Origin: Gemmatimonadota bacterium
Lineage (GTDB): Bacteria; Gemmatimonadota; Gemmatimonadetes; Longimicrobiales; Gaopeijiaceae
DNA: 64,000 nucleotides
NCBI GenBank assembly: GCA_039589315.1
Contig: JBDHHQ010000011.1
Location: 1 to 64,000 of the forward strand
Direction of reading: 5' to 3'
The position numbers and the translations under genes are program-made. Below the pieces are notes generated by a model that was not told the DNA's origin, did not search any database, and saw nothing but the letters and a program-made list of their open reading frames with translations. Shown piece by piece: positions 1 to 9,346 of the stretch; within the stretch, counting starts at the first letter, position 1, and every line of letters starts with the position of its first letter.

Positions 1-64
1 AAGAAGTGAGTACACTCGAAGGTGGCGGCGGACGGTCGGCGGCAACACGGAGGGGCACCGAAAC

Positions 65-592
65 GTGCTTGTCGAAGTAAAGGTGCAGAGCCTGGGGTTG
101 GACCGCGCGAACAAGATGCCGGTGGTCATGCTCCAGGAGCTGTCCGGGGAGCGAGTGCTCCCCATCTGGATCGGTCCCGGTGAGGCGAGCGCCATCGCGA
201 TGCAGCTCGCCGACATGAAGTTCGCGCGACCGCTCACCCACGACCTGCTCGTCTCGGTGATCGGCGGGATGGGCGGGGCGCTGCAGAAGGTCATCATCAC
301 CCGGGTCGAGGAGAACACCTTTTACGCCGAGATGATCGTGCGGCGGAACGGTGAGATTATCTCCGTGGACGCCCGTCCGAGCGACTCGATCGCAGTCGCA
401 CTCCGCATGGACGCCCGAATCTTCGCCGACGACGAGCTGCTCTTCGAGATCGCCGAGGAGGAGCCCCTTTCTTCGGAGATCGAAGACGGCGCGTCCGAGT
501 CACCGGAATCCTCGTCGGGAATGCGACCCGAGGAGCTCAAGGAACACCTGCGCCGCCTCAACCCCGAGGACTTCGGGCGCTTCACGTCGTGA
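65..592 (+). CDS. Bifunctional nuclease family protein (DUF151)
   Basis: [21 protein letters not shown] and [13 protein letters not shown] motifs; GGAGG RBS upstream of the GTG. Confidence 0.92.
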   Translation: MLVEVKVQSLGLDRANKMPVVMLQELSGERVLPIWIGPGEASAIAMQLADMKFARPLTHDLLVSVIGGMGGALQKVIITRVEENTFYAEMIVRRNGEIISVDARPSDSIAVALRMDARIFADDELLFEIAEEEPLSSEIEDGASESPESSSGMRPEELKEHLRRLNPEDFGRFTS

Positions 593-634
593 TCTCGCCC
601 TCGACTCGGCCTCCACAGGAGCAGCCGGCCTACC

Positions 635-661
635 TTCACCGTCGACGGCGGCATGGTGATG
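635..661 (+). pseudogene. Remnant 3' end of fabG (3-oxoacyl-ACP reductase)
   Basis: Reads F-T-V-D-G-G-M-V-M, the typical FabG C-terminus, directly upstream of acpP; rest of the gene absent. Confidence 0.55.
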
Positions 662-717
662 CGGGTTGTCGTGTTCGTTGGAAGTCCCGATTCGCCCCCA
701 CACGCAAGAGGGGTACA

Positions 718-954
718 ATGGCGGAAGGTAGCGAGGGCAAGGTGAAGGAGATCATCATCACGGAGCTGGGCGTTGAATCCGAGAAGGTCACGGCCATGGC
801 GTCGTTCGTGGAGGATCTCGGAGCCGATTCTCTCGACACGGTCGGGCTCGTGATGGCCTTCGAGGACGAGTTCGGAATCGACATTCCTGACGAAGACGCC
901 GAGCAGATGCGCACGGTGGGTGACGCCATCAAGTACCTCGACGAGCACGGATAG
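718..954 (+). CDS. acpP: Acyl carrier protein
   Basis: [37 protein letters not shown] at 718 with GAGGGG RBS. Confidence 0.93.
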   Translation: MAEGSEGKVKEIIITELGVESEKVTAMASFVEDLGADSLDTVGLVMAFEDEFGIDIPDEDAEQMRTVGDAIKYLDEHG

Positions 955-1006
955 GGCTGACCGCTTCGGTTCGCTAGCTGTGAAAACCAAGGAGGTTGTT
1001 CACTGA

Positions 1007-1279
<273 letters not shown>

Positions 1280-1338
1280 CGGTAGGCCGGCAGCCGATCC
1301 AACACGGGGCTCCCGGCCAACGTCCCTAGCGAGGAGAG

Positions 1339-2769
1339 TCAGCTAGGCTCGACCACTCGGGCCGGCGAGATCCGCTCAATGTGGAAGAGCACGTCCCACG
1401 CTCGCGCTGGATTCACAATATGCGGCTCGGGCATGCTCTCCCGCTGCTCCCTCTCCTGGTTCAGCCATTCATAGACCGGCCCCTCCTGGGGGGCGCGTCG
1501 AAGGTCAACGAGAAACATCGGTATCCCCACGCGGGCGAACGCCTCGTCCAAGCTGCCGGCTGGGGGTGGTTTGCTCACTTCCGTCTGATAGGAGGCCCAG
1601 CCCGAGGAAACGCCCTGAGAATAGGTGAACCCCAGGCTCAAATAGTCGGTACCCAGCATGGATTCGGCGTATTCTCCTAGAACCGTCTGGCTGACTCCCC
1701 GCCACACCATCGGGTATTTCGCTATGTGCGTGTTGTGCGCCCACACGACGATGCGCCCGTCGGGACCTTCCCTCGCCAGCGCCCACACAAGATTCTCCGC
1801 CATGCCCGCGTCACGGGCACTGGCATCCTCGACCCGCGACTCAGGTGTCTCTGCAACCAGAGTCGAATCGAAGAAGATCCAATCTCGGAAAGCGCGATCC
1901 AGTTGCCGCGTGAACACCGCCTGCCGATAGGCCCACTCGTAGGCCTCATCGGTTGAGCGCCGGACGTAGTAGACTCGCCAGGTCTCAAACCGCGCGATCA
2001 GCTCGCCTATCGCCGCGCTGTAAGCGTTGCGAGTCTCCCCGGGCAGTAGGCCGTACTCATCGACAGACACTCGCCGGACGCCGCCGCCCTGGCCCAGAAA
2101 AGGTTCAAGAAGCGGACATATCACGCTCCGACTCGTAGCCGCGTAGGCTGGATCTACCTCCTCTAGATAGGTCCACACCGCTTCAAACGGTGTCAAGGGG
2201 CTAACGATTTGGGTTTGGACATCGAGTCCGTAGAAATGGAGCTTCCGGTCGTGCGTCGGGTCGTCGTTGTAGCGCCGCATCCAGCGGACGAGTTCTTGCA
2301 GCTCTTCCTGTGCCCCGAAGTCCGCCGTGAACCAGGTGTTCTTCCAGACATCGGGTTCCTCGCGGAGACCCAGCACGTACTCGTTGATCCACGCGGCCTC
2401 GGAGAAGCCGGTCTCCATCGCGACGGCGGTGAAGCCAAGCTCCTCGACGAAGAACTCCGATAGACGGTGTCGCACCCTGAAGAACTCGTGCGACGCGTGA
2501 ACGCTCTCGCCTAGCGCGACCACGCGAGTGTCTCCGATGATCGCCCTCAGCGGTTGGAGATCCTCGAAGCCCTGCCCCGGTTCGATAGTGGCGATGGGGA
2601 TCGCGTTCTCACGCACCCAGGCTGTGAAGGCTTCAGGGACCTCCTGGATCGCTGCGGCAGGGACTGGAAGCACCACCCACGATCCCACAGCGAACGCGCC
2701 CAACACCTGCCACAAGCTGCGGTGGTGGATCTCGTGGATGAGGCCCCTTACGCCGGTCGGCTTGCCCAT
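1339..2769 (-). CDS. Erythromycin esterase family protein
   Basis: VVALGESVHASHEF, FYGLDVQ, RDAGMAENL and VVWAHNTHIA motifs. Confidence 0.88.
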   Translation of the reverse strand: MGKPTGVRGLIHEIHHRSLWQVLGAFAVGSWVVLPVPAAAIQEVPEAFTAWVRENAIPIATIEPGQGFEDLQPLRAIIGDTRVVALGESVHASHEFFRVRHRLSEFFVEELGFTAVAMETGFSEAAWINEYVLGLREEPDVWKNTWFTADFGAQEELQELVRWMRRYNDDPTHDRKLHFYGLDVQTQIVSPLTPFEAVWTYLEEVDPAYAATSRSVICPLLEPFLGQGGGVRRVSVDEYGLLPGETRNAYSAAIGELIARFETWRVYYVRRSTDEAYEWAYRQAVFTRQLDRAFRDWIFFDSTLVAETPESRVEDASARDAGMAENLVWALAREGPDGRIVVWAHNTHIAKYPMVWRGVSQTVLGEYAESMLGTDYLSLGFTYSQGVSSGWASYQTEVSKPPPAGSLDEAFARVGIPMFLVDLRRAPQEGPVYEWLNQEREQRESMPEPHIVNPARAWDVLFHIERISPARVVEPS

Positions 2770-3223
2770 AGGCGGCTAGAGCGGGACGGGAGAGTCAGGA
2801 TGTTAGGAAGGTGTGGGGCAGACGGCTTGGATGGCAACCATTACCTCGTGGCAGTGTTTCGCGTCCGGCGTCCCGGCCTCCGACACGCGCAGATCAGTGA
2901 GAGCTTCGGGGTTCAGGTACAGGTACTCCTGATCGTCGTTTAGGCTCAACTAACTCTGGGGCAGCCTGATCGGCTGCTCCAACCTCATGTATCACTTGAA
3001 GGGCCGCCCAGATTTCGGATTTGTGGGGCCAATGAGGGGTAGCGGGTCCCATACCCCGCCCCGATTGCCTGCACCCCCCCGGGGGGGGGTCATGGACGAC
3101 GGCCTCGACTATCGAGACTCCCACTCCTTCCCAGAGGCCCCGTCGTCGTTCTTGATTCGGGATGACTCACGGGAGCATCTTCGGATAGCTTCCCCCTGCT
3201 GCACTCCGGTCAGGGACGACGCC

Positions 3224-5578
3224 TTGGACCGTCTAAAGCAGCTCATCCACGAGATCCACCGCCGCACCCTGTGGCAGGTGCTTGGGCTCTACCTGGCCAT
3301 GTCCTGGATCGTCGTCCAGGTGGTGGAAACGCTGACGGAGAGCGCTGGCCTCCCGGACTGGGTGCCGCCCGGTGCGCTAGTACTGCTGCTGATCGGACTC
3401 CCCATCGTCCTCGGCACAGCCTTTGTCCAGGAGGGCGTGGGGCGGAGGCCCGGGGACGCCGAGACGGAAAGCGCCCCCTCAACCTCACCCATCATTGGCT
3501 CCAAGCCCGCCGAGGGCGCGGCGATTCCCGTCGCACGAGCAAGCCTAGCCTCCGGCACGGGCTCCCTCGATCGCCCATCCACGCGACCACCGCGCATCGC
3601 CCGCCTGCTCACATGGAAGAACGCGATGATCGGGGGCGTGCTCGCGTTCGCGGCACTGGGTGCCGTGGTCGCGACGTACTGGCTCATGTGGGTGGCCGGG
3701 GTAGGCCCCGTAGGATCGTTGGTAGCACAGGGGGCCCTGGAGGAGGCCGAACCGGTGATCCTCGCCGCGTTCGAAAACGGGACCAGCGATCCACTTCTGG
3801 GAGACCTCGTCACGTCGACCCTTCGGATCGATCTGGTCGAGTCCCCGGTGATCCAACTCTTGGAGCCGCTCGCCGTTCAGGCCGTCCTCCAGCGCATGGG
3901 GCGGGACCCGTCCGAGCTGGTAAGAGCAGATTTGGCCCGCGAGATCGCCGTTCGCGAGGGTCTCAAAGCGGTCATCGAGGGCGAGGTGCAGGCTGTTGGA
4001 TCCGAGTACCTGCTAACCGCGACGATCCGCGCCGCCGAGAATGGCCGTCCGCTGGCAGCGTTCCGGGTGCGCGCCGAGGACGAAGGCAGCGTCGTGGAGG
4101 CCATCGACGAGCTTTCCCAGGACATTCGCGAGCGGGCCGGCGAGTCGCTTCGCTCGATTCGTGCCGGTGTGCCGCTCGAGAACGTGACGACGAGCTCCCT
4201 CCAAGCGTTGCGCAAGTTCACCGAGGCGGAGGGTCTCACCAGGCAGGGCGATCACAGCGGGGCCCTCACGCTCCTGGAGGAGGTCATCCAGGAAGACCCC
4301 GACTTCGCGATGGCTCACCGACGGATCGCGGTCATCCATTACAACACCACGCTGGATCCGGCTCGTCTGATCGAAGCGTCCACCAGGGCCTACGAACTGC
4401 GCGATCGGCTCACGGACCGCGAGCGGTACCTGGCCGAGGCGGGCTACTACACCGTCGTGCTCGGGGACCGGGAGGCCACGATCCAGGCCTATCGATCGGT
4501 TCTCCGCTCCCACCCAGACGACCCGACTGCCCTGAACAACCTCGCCAACGAATACATCGGTTGGGACGACGAGGCGGCCATCGAGCTGCTCCGGCAGGCG
4601 AACGAGGGTCCGGGGAGAACGAACACCTCTGCTGCTAACCTGGTCCGGGGGCTATTGCGTTTGAGACGCATCGACGAAGCCCGGGTAGTGCAGATGCGTT
4701 ATGAGGACGGCTACCCAAGCGATCTGGGCACAATGGGGACTCGATATTGGGTCCATTTCTTCGCTGGCGAATTCGCTTCCGCCGACAGCGCCGCGGCGGC
4801 GTTGGCCGGGACCCCACTCGGCAACGCGTTCTGGCGAGCTCAGGGCCATACCAGCCTTGCATTCACGGATATCCATCACGGCCGACTGCGCGAGGCCGAA
4901 GCTCATCATCTCGCCGCGGCTCGAGCCGCGGCGGAGCTGGGCCCTCTGGCACATTTCTTCGAAATGGCCATACGAGTTGGCCCGTACCTGTACCTCGAGG
5001 ACAGGGCCAGAGCCATCCGCATGCTCGAGGAGGGCCTGGACCTCTTCAACCAGATACCCTCGATCGCACGACCCTACATGCCGATGGCAAGCCTCCTGGC
5101 GTTCGCCGGTGAGACGGACCGCGCCGAAGCGATGATCGCGCAGTGGGAGCGCAACGTGCCCGAGGTATACCGGTCGGACGCCGACGAGACCACACTACTC
5201 GCAACGCGGGGCCTGATAGCGTGGACCCGGGGTGATCCGGCCCGTGGGCTAGAGCTTATGGATCAGGTGCGCGAGGGTTGCCCGAGCTGCTTCCTGACCG
5301 AGCGCGCCTACCTCATCGAGGAGACGGGATCGCCCGACGAGGCCATCGACGCCTGGGAGGAGCGGGCCGAGACCGTGGACTTGTTCTTTTTCGAAACCGC
5401 CATCCAGTGGCCCATTGTATTCGAGCGCTTGTGCCACCTGCACGCGGAGTACGGAGAGGCCACTCGGGCAGCGCAGTTCTGTTCGAGATTCGTGGATCTG
5501 TGGGCCGACGCCGATCCGGAGCTTCAGCCGAGGGTGCGAGCCGCGAAGCAACGACTGGACGCGTTGACGGGAGCGTGA
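3224..5578 (+). CDS. Membrane-anchored TolB-N-like/TPR repeat protein
   Basis: IHEIHRRTLWQV leader, three hydrophobic segments, DPDFAMAH and ALNNLA TPR motifs; TTG start inferred from paralogs. Confidence 0.8.
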   Translation: MDRLKQLIHEIHRRTLWQVLGLYLAMSWIVVQVVETLTESAGLPDWVPPGALVLLLIGLPIVLGTAFVQEGVGRRPGDAETESAPSTSPIIGSKPAEGAAIPVARASLASGTGSLDRPSTRPPRIARLLTWKNAMIGGVLAFAALGAVVATYWLMWVAGVGPVGSLVAQGALEEAEPVILAAFENGTSDPLLGDLVTSTLRIDLVESPVIQLLEPLAVQAVLQRMGRDPSELVRADLAREIAVREGLKAVIEGEVQAVGSEYLLTATIRAAENGRPLAAFRVRAEDEGSVVEAIDELSQDIRERAGESLRSIRAGVPLENVTTSSLQALRKFTEAEGLTRQGDHSGALTLLEEVIQEDPDFAMAHRRIAVIHYNTTLDPARLIEASTRAYELRDRLTDRERYLAEAGYYTVVLGDREATIQAYRSVLRSHPDDPTALNNLANEYIGWDDEAAIELLRQANEGPGRTNTSAANLVRGLLRLRRIDEARVVQMRYEDGYPSDLGTMGTRYWVHFFAGEFASADSAAAALAGTPLGNAFWRAQGHTSLAFTDIHHGRLREAEAHHLAAARAAAELGPLAHFFEMAIRVGPYLYLEDRARAIRMLEEGLDLFNQIPSIARPYMPMASLLAFAGETDRAEAMIAQWERNVPEVYRSDADETTLLATRGLIAWTRGDPARGLELMDQVREGCPSCFLTERAYLIEETGSPDEAIDAWEERAETVDLFFFETAIQWPIVFERLCHLHAEYGEATRAAQFCSRFVDLWADADPELQPRVRAAKQRLDALTGA

Positions 5579-5632
5579 TGACGACCGCCGAAGCCCCGCA
5601 AGCGCACTCGCCCGTCTTCTTCCCCGTATGCG

Positions 5633-5920
5633 CGATAGGTTCGGCTTGCCGGCGCTCTTTGGCGGTCCTATGAGCCGAGCCAGGGCAAGCAGAGTGTCCT
5701 CGAAGAAGACGTCTTGGACCGTGCGAAAGAAGAAGGGCGCTGTCTCGTTGAGCAGGTCGATCCGGGCGGGCTTGTCGCCAAACAAGATGCGATACTGCTT
5801 CCACAGCGAATGAAGCCAGACAAGCTCCGTTGAAAGCACGTGGAATAGGCGCCCGAGCTTGTCGCCCATCGCGGCGACATAGTCGGCTCTCACCTCGTCA
5901 TGAGACTTGGATTCGCTCAT
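5633..5920 (-). pseudogene. Truncated AbiU2-like HEPN domain protein
   Basis: MG..LG.LF..L..E..WLH..W..Y..LFG...RIDLLNETAPFFF..VQD......L.LARL..PPKSAGKPNL resembles the AbiU2 N-terminal half; resemblance ends ~5633 before any in-frame RxxxxH. Confidence 0.6.
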
Positions 5921-6014
5921 GGTCAGATGCGTTCTTATCCCCTTTCTCCTTGAACGCTTCAAACGCTCAAAGGCCACCTTTCGAGCATTCGACGTGTTCA
6001 AGGGTCAAGGCAGA

Positions 6015-9000
6015 TCAGCCTTTTCCCTTCTTGCGAGCGTCCCAGGTCCAGCCGGGGATGGATTCGAGCCTATCGATCCGGTCCTGAGAGAGCTTGCCTT
6101 TGCGATAATCGTGACGACGGTGTGTAACCCACGCTCCTAGACCGAATCCGTCTTCACGGTGCCTTTGGGGGACCTGAGCGTGGCCCTCGCGCTGGGCAAA
6201 CCGGCTGACCATGTCGGCACCGAACTGGAAATCCGCCTCGTAGGGATCCCATGTCCACCCTCTGACGGATTCAAGCGCGGCGGCCTCAGCCTCCGAGATG
6301 GTGCCTGCCCGGTATCGCTGCCGCTGCCGTGTCAGCCAACTTCCCAAGTCGAATCCTCCGTAATCCACCCCTCGAGGGACACGACAGTTCCCGTTTTGGA
6401 ATGCGAACTCGCTGAATCCTCGAAGCCCAACCTCGAACGTTGAAGAGCGACCGTCGCTATGTTCTGCCAGCAACCTCGCTAATGAGGAACCGCCTGGAAG
6501 CCCCCGCAGACCCTGGTACAAGGCCAACTGGACCTTATTCCACGTCTCACCCGGAGCTTCCTTGATCGGTCCGGAGGCGGCCTTGGGCCATTCGCCGGTT
6601 CGACGGTGATGGGCGTCGGCCCAGGCGAGAATCTCGTCAACCGTGAAGCGCGGCAGATCCTGCACGTTCCGAACCCTCCGGTGCTGGGCGAGCAGTCTCG
6701 CCAGCGACGAGCCGCCAGTTAGCCCCCGAGTTCCGCTCTTCAAGGCAACGTCAACCTTCGCCCAGGTCTCGTCCGGAGCCTCCTCTATTGTACCGGAGTT
6801 CCTACGGGGCCATTCACCTACTCTGTTGTGATAGGCGTCTGCCCAGGAGAGGATCTGTTGGACGGTGAACTGCGGCAGGCCCCTCTTGAAACGAACGCCT
6901 CGATGTTCGAAAAGGAGTCTCGCCAACGTGGAGCCACCTGGCAGTCCCCGCCTTCCGTGTACGAGGCTGAGGTGTACACCAGTCCACGTCTCACCTGGTG
7001 CCTCCTCGATTGGACCTGACTCCGCTTTAGGCCACTCGCCGGTCTCCAGGTGATGTGCGTCGGCCCATGAGAGAATGCCCTCGACGGAGAGGTCTGGTAG
7101 GTGCATCCTGTTTCGGACGCCTCGGTGCAGGGCAAGTAGCGACGCCAGCGACGATCGGCCCGTCAGTCCCCGCAGTCCATAGACCAAAGCGTTGTTCACA
7201 TTGCGCCAGCTATCGTCCGGGGCTTCGAAAATCTGGCCTGATGTCATCTTGGGCCACTGGCGCTCGCGGGCGAAGTGCGTATCAGCCCAAGACAGGACTT
7301 CGTCAACGGTCAGCGGCGGCTTTGTCGTGGAGTTAAGTACGGTCCGTATTCTGAAGGCTTCGGCAAAGTTCGGAGTGATGCCGATGGGGAGATCGAGCGT
7401 GAATCTCGACGGGAGCCTCGCAGCACGTTGCGGCCCGCGCGTCAACTCTAGCCGTATCGCATCGAGTTCGTCTGCCAGGTTGGCGTCGTGCGCTCTCAGC
7501 GCTTTGACCACGTCCCAGACCGGCTTGAACGCCGACGAATCGAGAGCCTCGTCAGCATCCTCGCTCGACTCAATGAATACCGGAAGGAGGATCGTCCCGA
7601 CGGTCTTGTCGGCGGCTTTCCGGATCGCACGCCCAACGGCCTGGACGATATCTACCTGTGAGCGCCGAGGATCGACGAAGGCCACGCCGTCTAAGGTCGG
7701 CACATCCACACCTTCAGACAGGCATCGGGCATTGGCCAGGAGGCCTCGTTGCCCATCGTCCAGGTGCCGTAGCTGGTCCAACAGTGCCATCCGCTGACCC
7801 GTGGCCATTCTCCCTTCGACATAATCGGCCCAGATGTCGCCATCGGGTTGCTCATCGTCAGGCATCCACTCCACGACCTCCGGGAACGAAGCCCTAAACC
7901 TCTTGGCGCCGTCGATCCGACTGTGGAACGTCAGGACCCTTCGCAGATCCCGCTTCTTCATCACCTTCGCCACCGCGATCTGAGCGGCGAGGGTCCGGGC
8001 GTCGGTCTGCTTGCCGTCCACCTCCACGATCCGGCCTCGCTCGGCATACCGCCGATACTCCTCGTCATCCACGCCGACGATGTAGACCTCGTAGTCGGAG
8101 AGCAGATCACGCTCGATGGCCTCGGGGAAGCTCAGGGTGTGCAGTACCGGCCCGAACTTCTCCTCGTCGTCCATGGAGGCGAGTTCAAGGTCGTCTCCGG
8201 CCGCTCGCTTGACGCGCGCGGTATAGAACCGGGGTGTGGCGGTCATGAAGAGCCGCTTCTTGGCCTTGATCCCGCTGCCGTCGAGGATGGCGGCGAACGG
8301 CCCGATGTTTCGGCCGACGCAGCGGTGCGCCTCATCCGCGATGGCAAGGTCAAAGGCCGGGACGCGCCCTCTGGCGAACGCCTCGGCCAGCAGTGGCGAC
8401 GACTGGTACGTGCAGAAGACGATCCGGCGGCCCCGTCCACGAAGAAATGACCGGATCTTCTCCATGTCCGTCGTGGCCGGGAAGCCCAGGTCGGCCAAGC
8501 TGGACACGATGGCGTCCTTCTCGCCGACCACCGTCGGGTCCGAGCAGACCGGCAGGAACCTGAAATCCTCCTGGTGCTGAGCGCACCATACCCGCAGCGT
8601 CTGGGATAGCAGCGAAAGCGTCGGCACCAAGACGAGAGTGCGCTTCGCCTCCAGTGCCTCCGCAAGAAGCACACCGACGAACGTCTTGCCGGTGCCGCAG
8701 GCCATGATGAGCTGGCCTCGGTCCCGGGCGTCAAGCCCGTCCACGACCGCCTCGACGGCTTCCTGCTGATGCGGTCGGGCCTCGAACAGGGGCTCAGGTT
8801 CGATGGGCTGGAGGTCATCGAGAGCCGCAGGCCACCGCACCTGGCTCTTCGCCAGATCCACACCGAGAACGAGGCCCACCGGCTTGGTCTGGATCTCCAC
8901 GGCGTGATGGGCGTTGCCGGAGACGTTGCTGGTCGTGGTGATCAACAAGCGGTAGGAGAACGCTTGGTGGGCCGACTCCGAGAGGAGCGAGTCCACGTCG

Positions 9001-9260
9001 CCCTTCTTGATGGTGCGCTCGGGGTCGTAGGCCTTGGCCTGGATGGCCCAGAGGTCGCCGTCGTTCGTCTCAGCGACGAGGTCGATCCCGGTGTCAGCGC
9101 CCCAGCGGCGGGGCCACTCGTTCCAGAGCCAGACCCGCTTGAGCATCCGCCTGTAGACGGGGTCGTTCAGGAGGTACCACTTGCACAGGTGCTCGAAGGC
9201 CCTGCCGCGACGGTGGCTGTCGAGGGCAAGGAACTGATCGAGCAGGTTCTGGAAGGCCAT
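6015..9260 (-). CDS. Mrr-like endonuclease + SF2 DEAD/DEAH helicase with four 74-aa repeats and two helicase-associated (HA) domains
   Basis: GIDLVA..AIQAK nuclease motif; MACGTGKT, DEAHR, MTATPR, LSEGVDVP and QAVGRAIR helicase motifs; C-terminal G...VP...LG.W...R...GWTWD x2. Confidence 0.9.
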   Translation of the reverse strand: MAFQNLLDQFLALDSHRRGRAFEHLCKWYLLNDPVYRRMLKRVWLWNEWPRRWGADTGIDLVAETNDGDLWAIQAKAYDPERTIKKGDVDSLLSESAHQAFSYRLLITTTSNVSGNAHHAVEIQTKPVGLVLGVDLAKSQVRWPAALDDLQPIEPEPLFEARPHQQEAVEAVVDGLDARDRGQLIMACGTGKTFVGVLLAEALEAKRTLVLVPTLSLLSQTLRVWCAQHQEDFRFLPVCSDPTVVGEKDAIVSSLADLGFPATTDMEKIRSFLRGRGRRIVFCTYQSSPLLAEAFARGRVPAFDLAIADEAHRCVGRNIGPFAAILDGSGIKAKKRLFMTATPRFYTARVKRAAGDDLELASMDDEEKFGPVLHTLSFPEAIERDLLSDYEVYIVGVDDEEYRRYAERGRIVEVDGKQTDARTLAAQIAVAKVMKKRDLRRVLTFHSRIDGAKRFRASFPEVVEWMPDDEQPDGDIWADYVEGRMATGQRMALLDQLRHLDDGQRGLLANARCLSEGVDVPTLDGVAFVDPRRSQVDIVQAVGRAIRKAADKTVGTILLPVFIESSEDADEALDSSAFKPVWDVVKALRAHDANLADELDAIRLELTRGPQRAARLPSRFTLDLPIGITPNFAEAFRIRTVLNSTTKPPLTVDEVLSWADTHFARERQWPKMTSGQIFEAPDDSWRNVNNALVYGLRGLTGRSSLASLLALHRGVRNRMHLPDLSVEGILSWADAHHLETGEWPKAESGPIEEAPGETWTGVHLSLVHGRRGLPGGSTLARLLFEHRGVRFKRGLPQFTVQQILSWADAYHNRVGEWPRRNSGTIEEAPDETWAKVDVALKSGTRGLTGGSSLARLLAQHRRVRNVQDLPRFTVDEILAWADAHHRRTGEWPKAASGPIKEAPGETWNKVQLALYQGLRGLPGGSSLARLLAEHSDGRSSTFEVGLRGFSEFAFQNGNCRVPRGVDYGGFDLGSWLTRQRQRYRAGTISEAEAAALESVRGWTWDPYEADFQFGADMVSRFAQREGHAQVPQRHREDGFGLGAWVTHRRHDYRKGKLSQDRIDRLESIPGWTWDARKKGKG
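6459..7319 (-). repeat. Four tandem 222-bp (74-aa) coding repeats inside the nuclease-helicase
   Basis: Units start at 7319, 7097, 6875 and 6653; consensus P.(L/F)TV..IL.WADAH....GEWP...SG.I.EAP.ETW..V..AL..G.RGL.GGSSLA.LL..HR. Confidence 0.92.
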
Positions 9261-9346
9261 GCGTCAGACGGGCCGAAGAGCGGGAACGGCTCCACCTCAA
9301 GATGCCGGTGTAGACGGGGGTAGCGTCAACCCCTGCCGGTGCCGCC

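Noticed and set aside
1339..2769. Bona fide macrolide resistance gene (ereA/ereB)
   Set aside because: Family motifs only; many homologs do not hydrolyse macrolides, so activity cannot be inferred.
3073..3090. C7/G9 palindromic tract as a CsoR-type operator
   Set aside because: Lacks the flanking ATAC/GTAT arms and no copper genes are adjacent.
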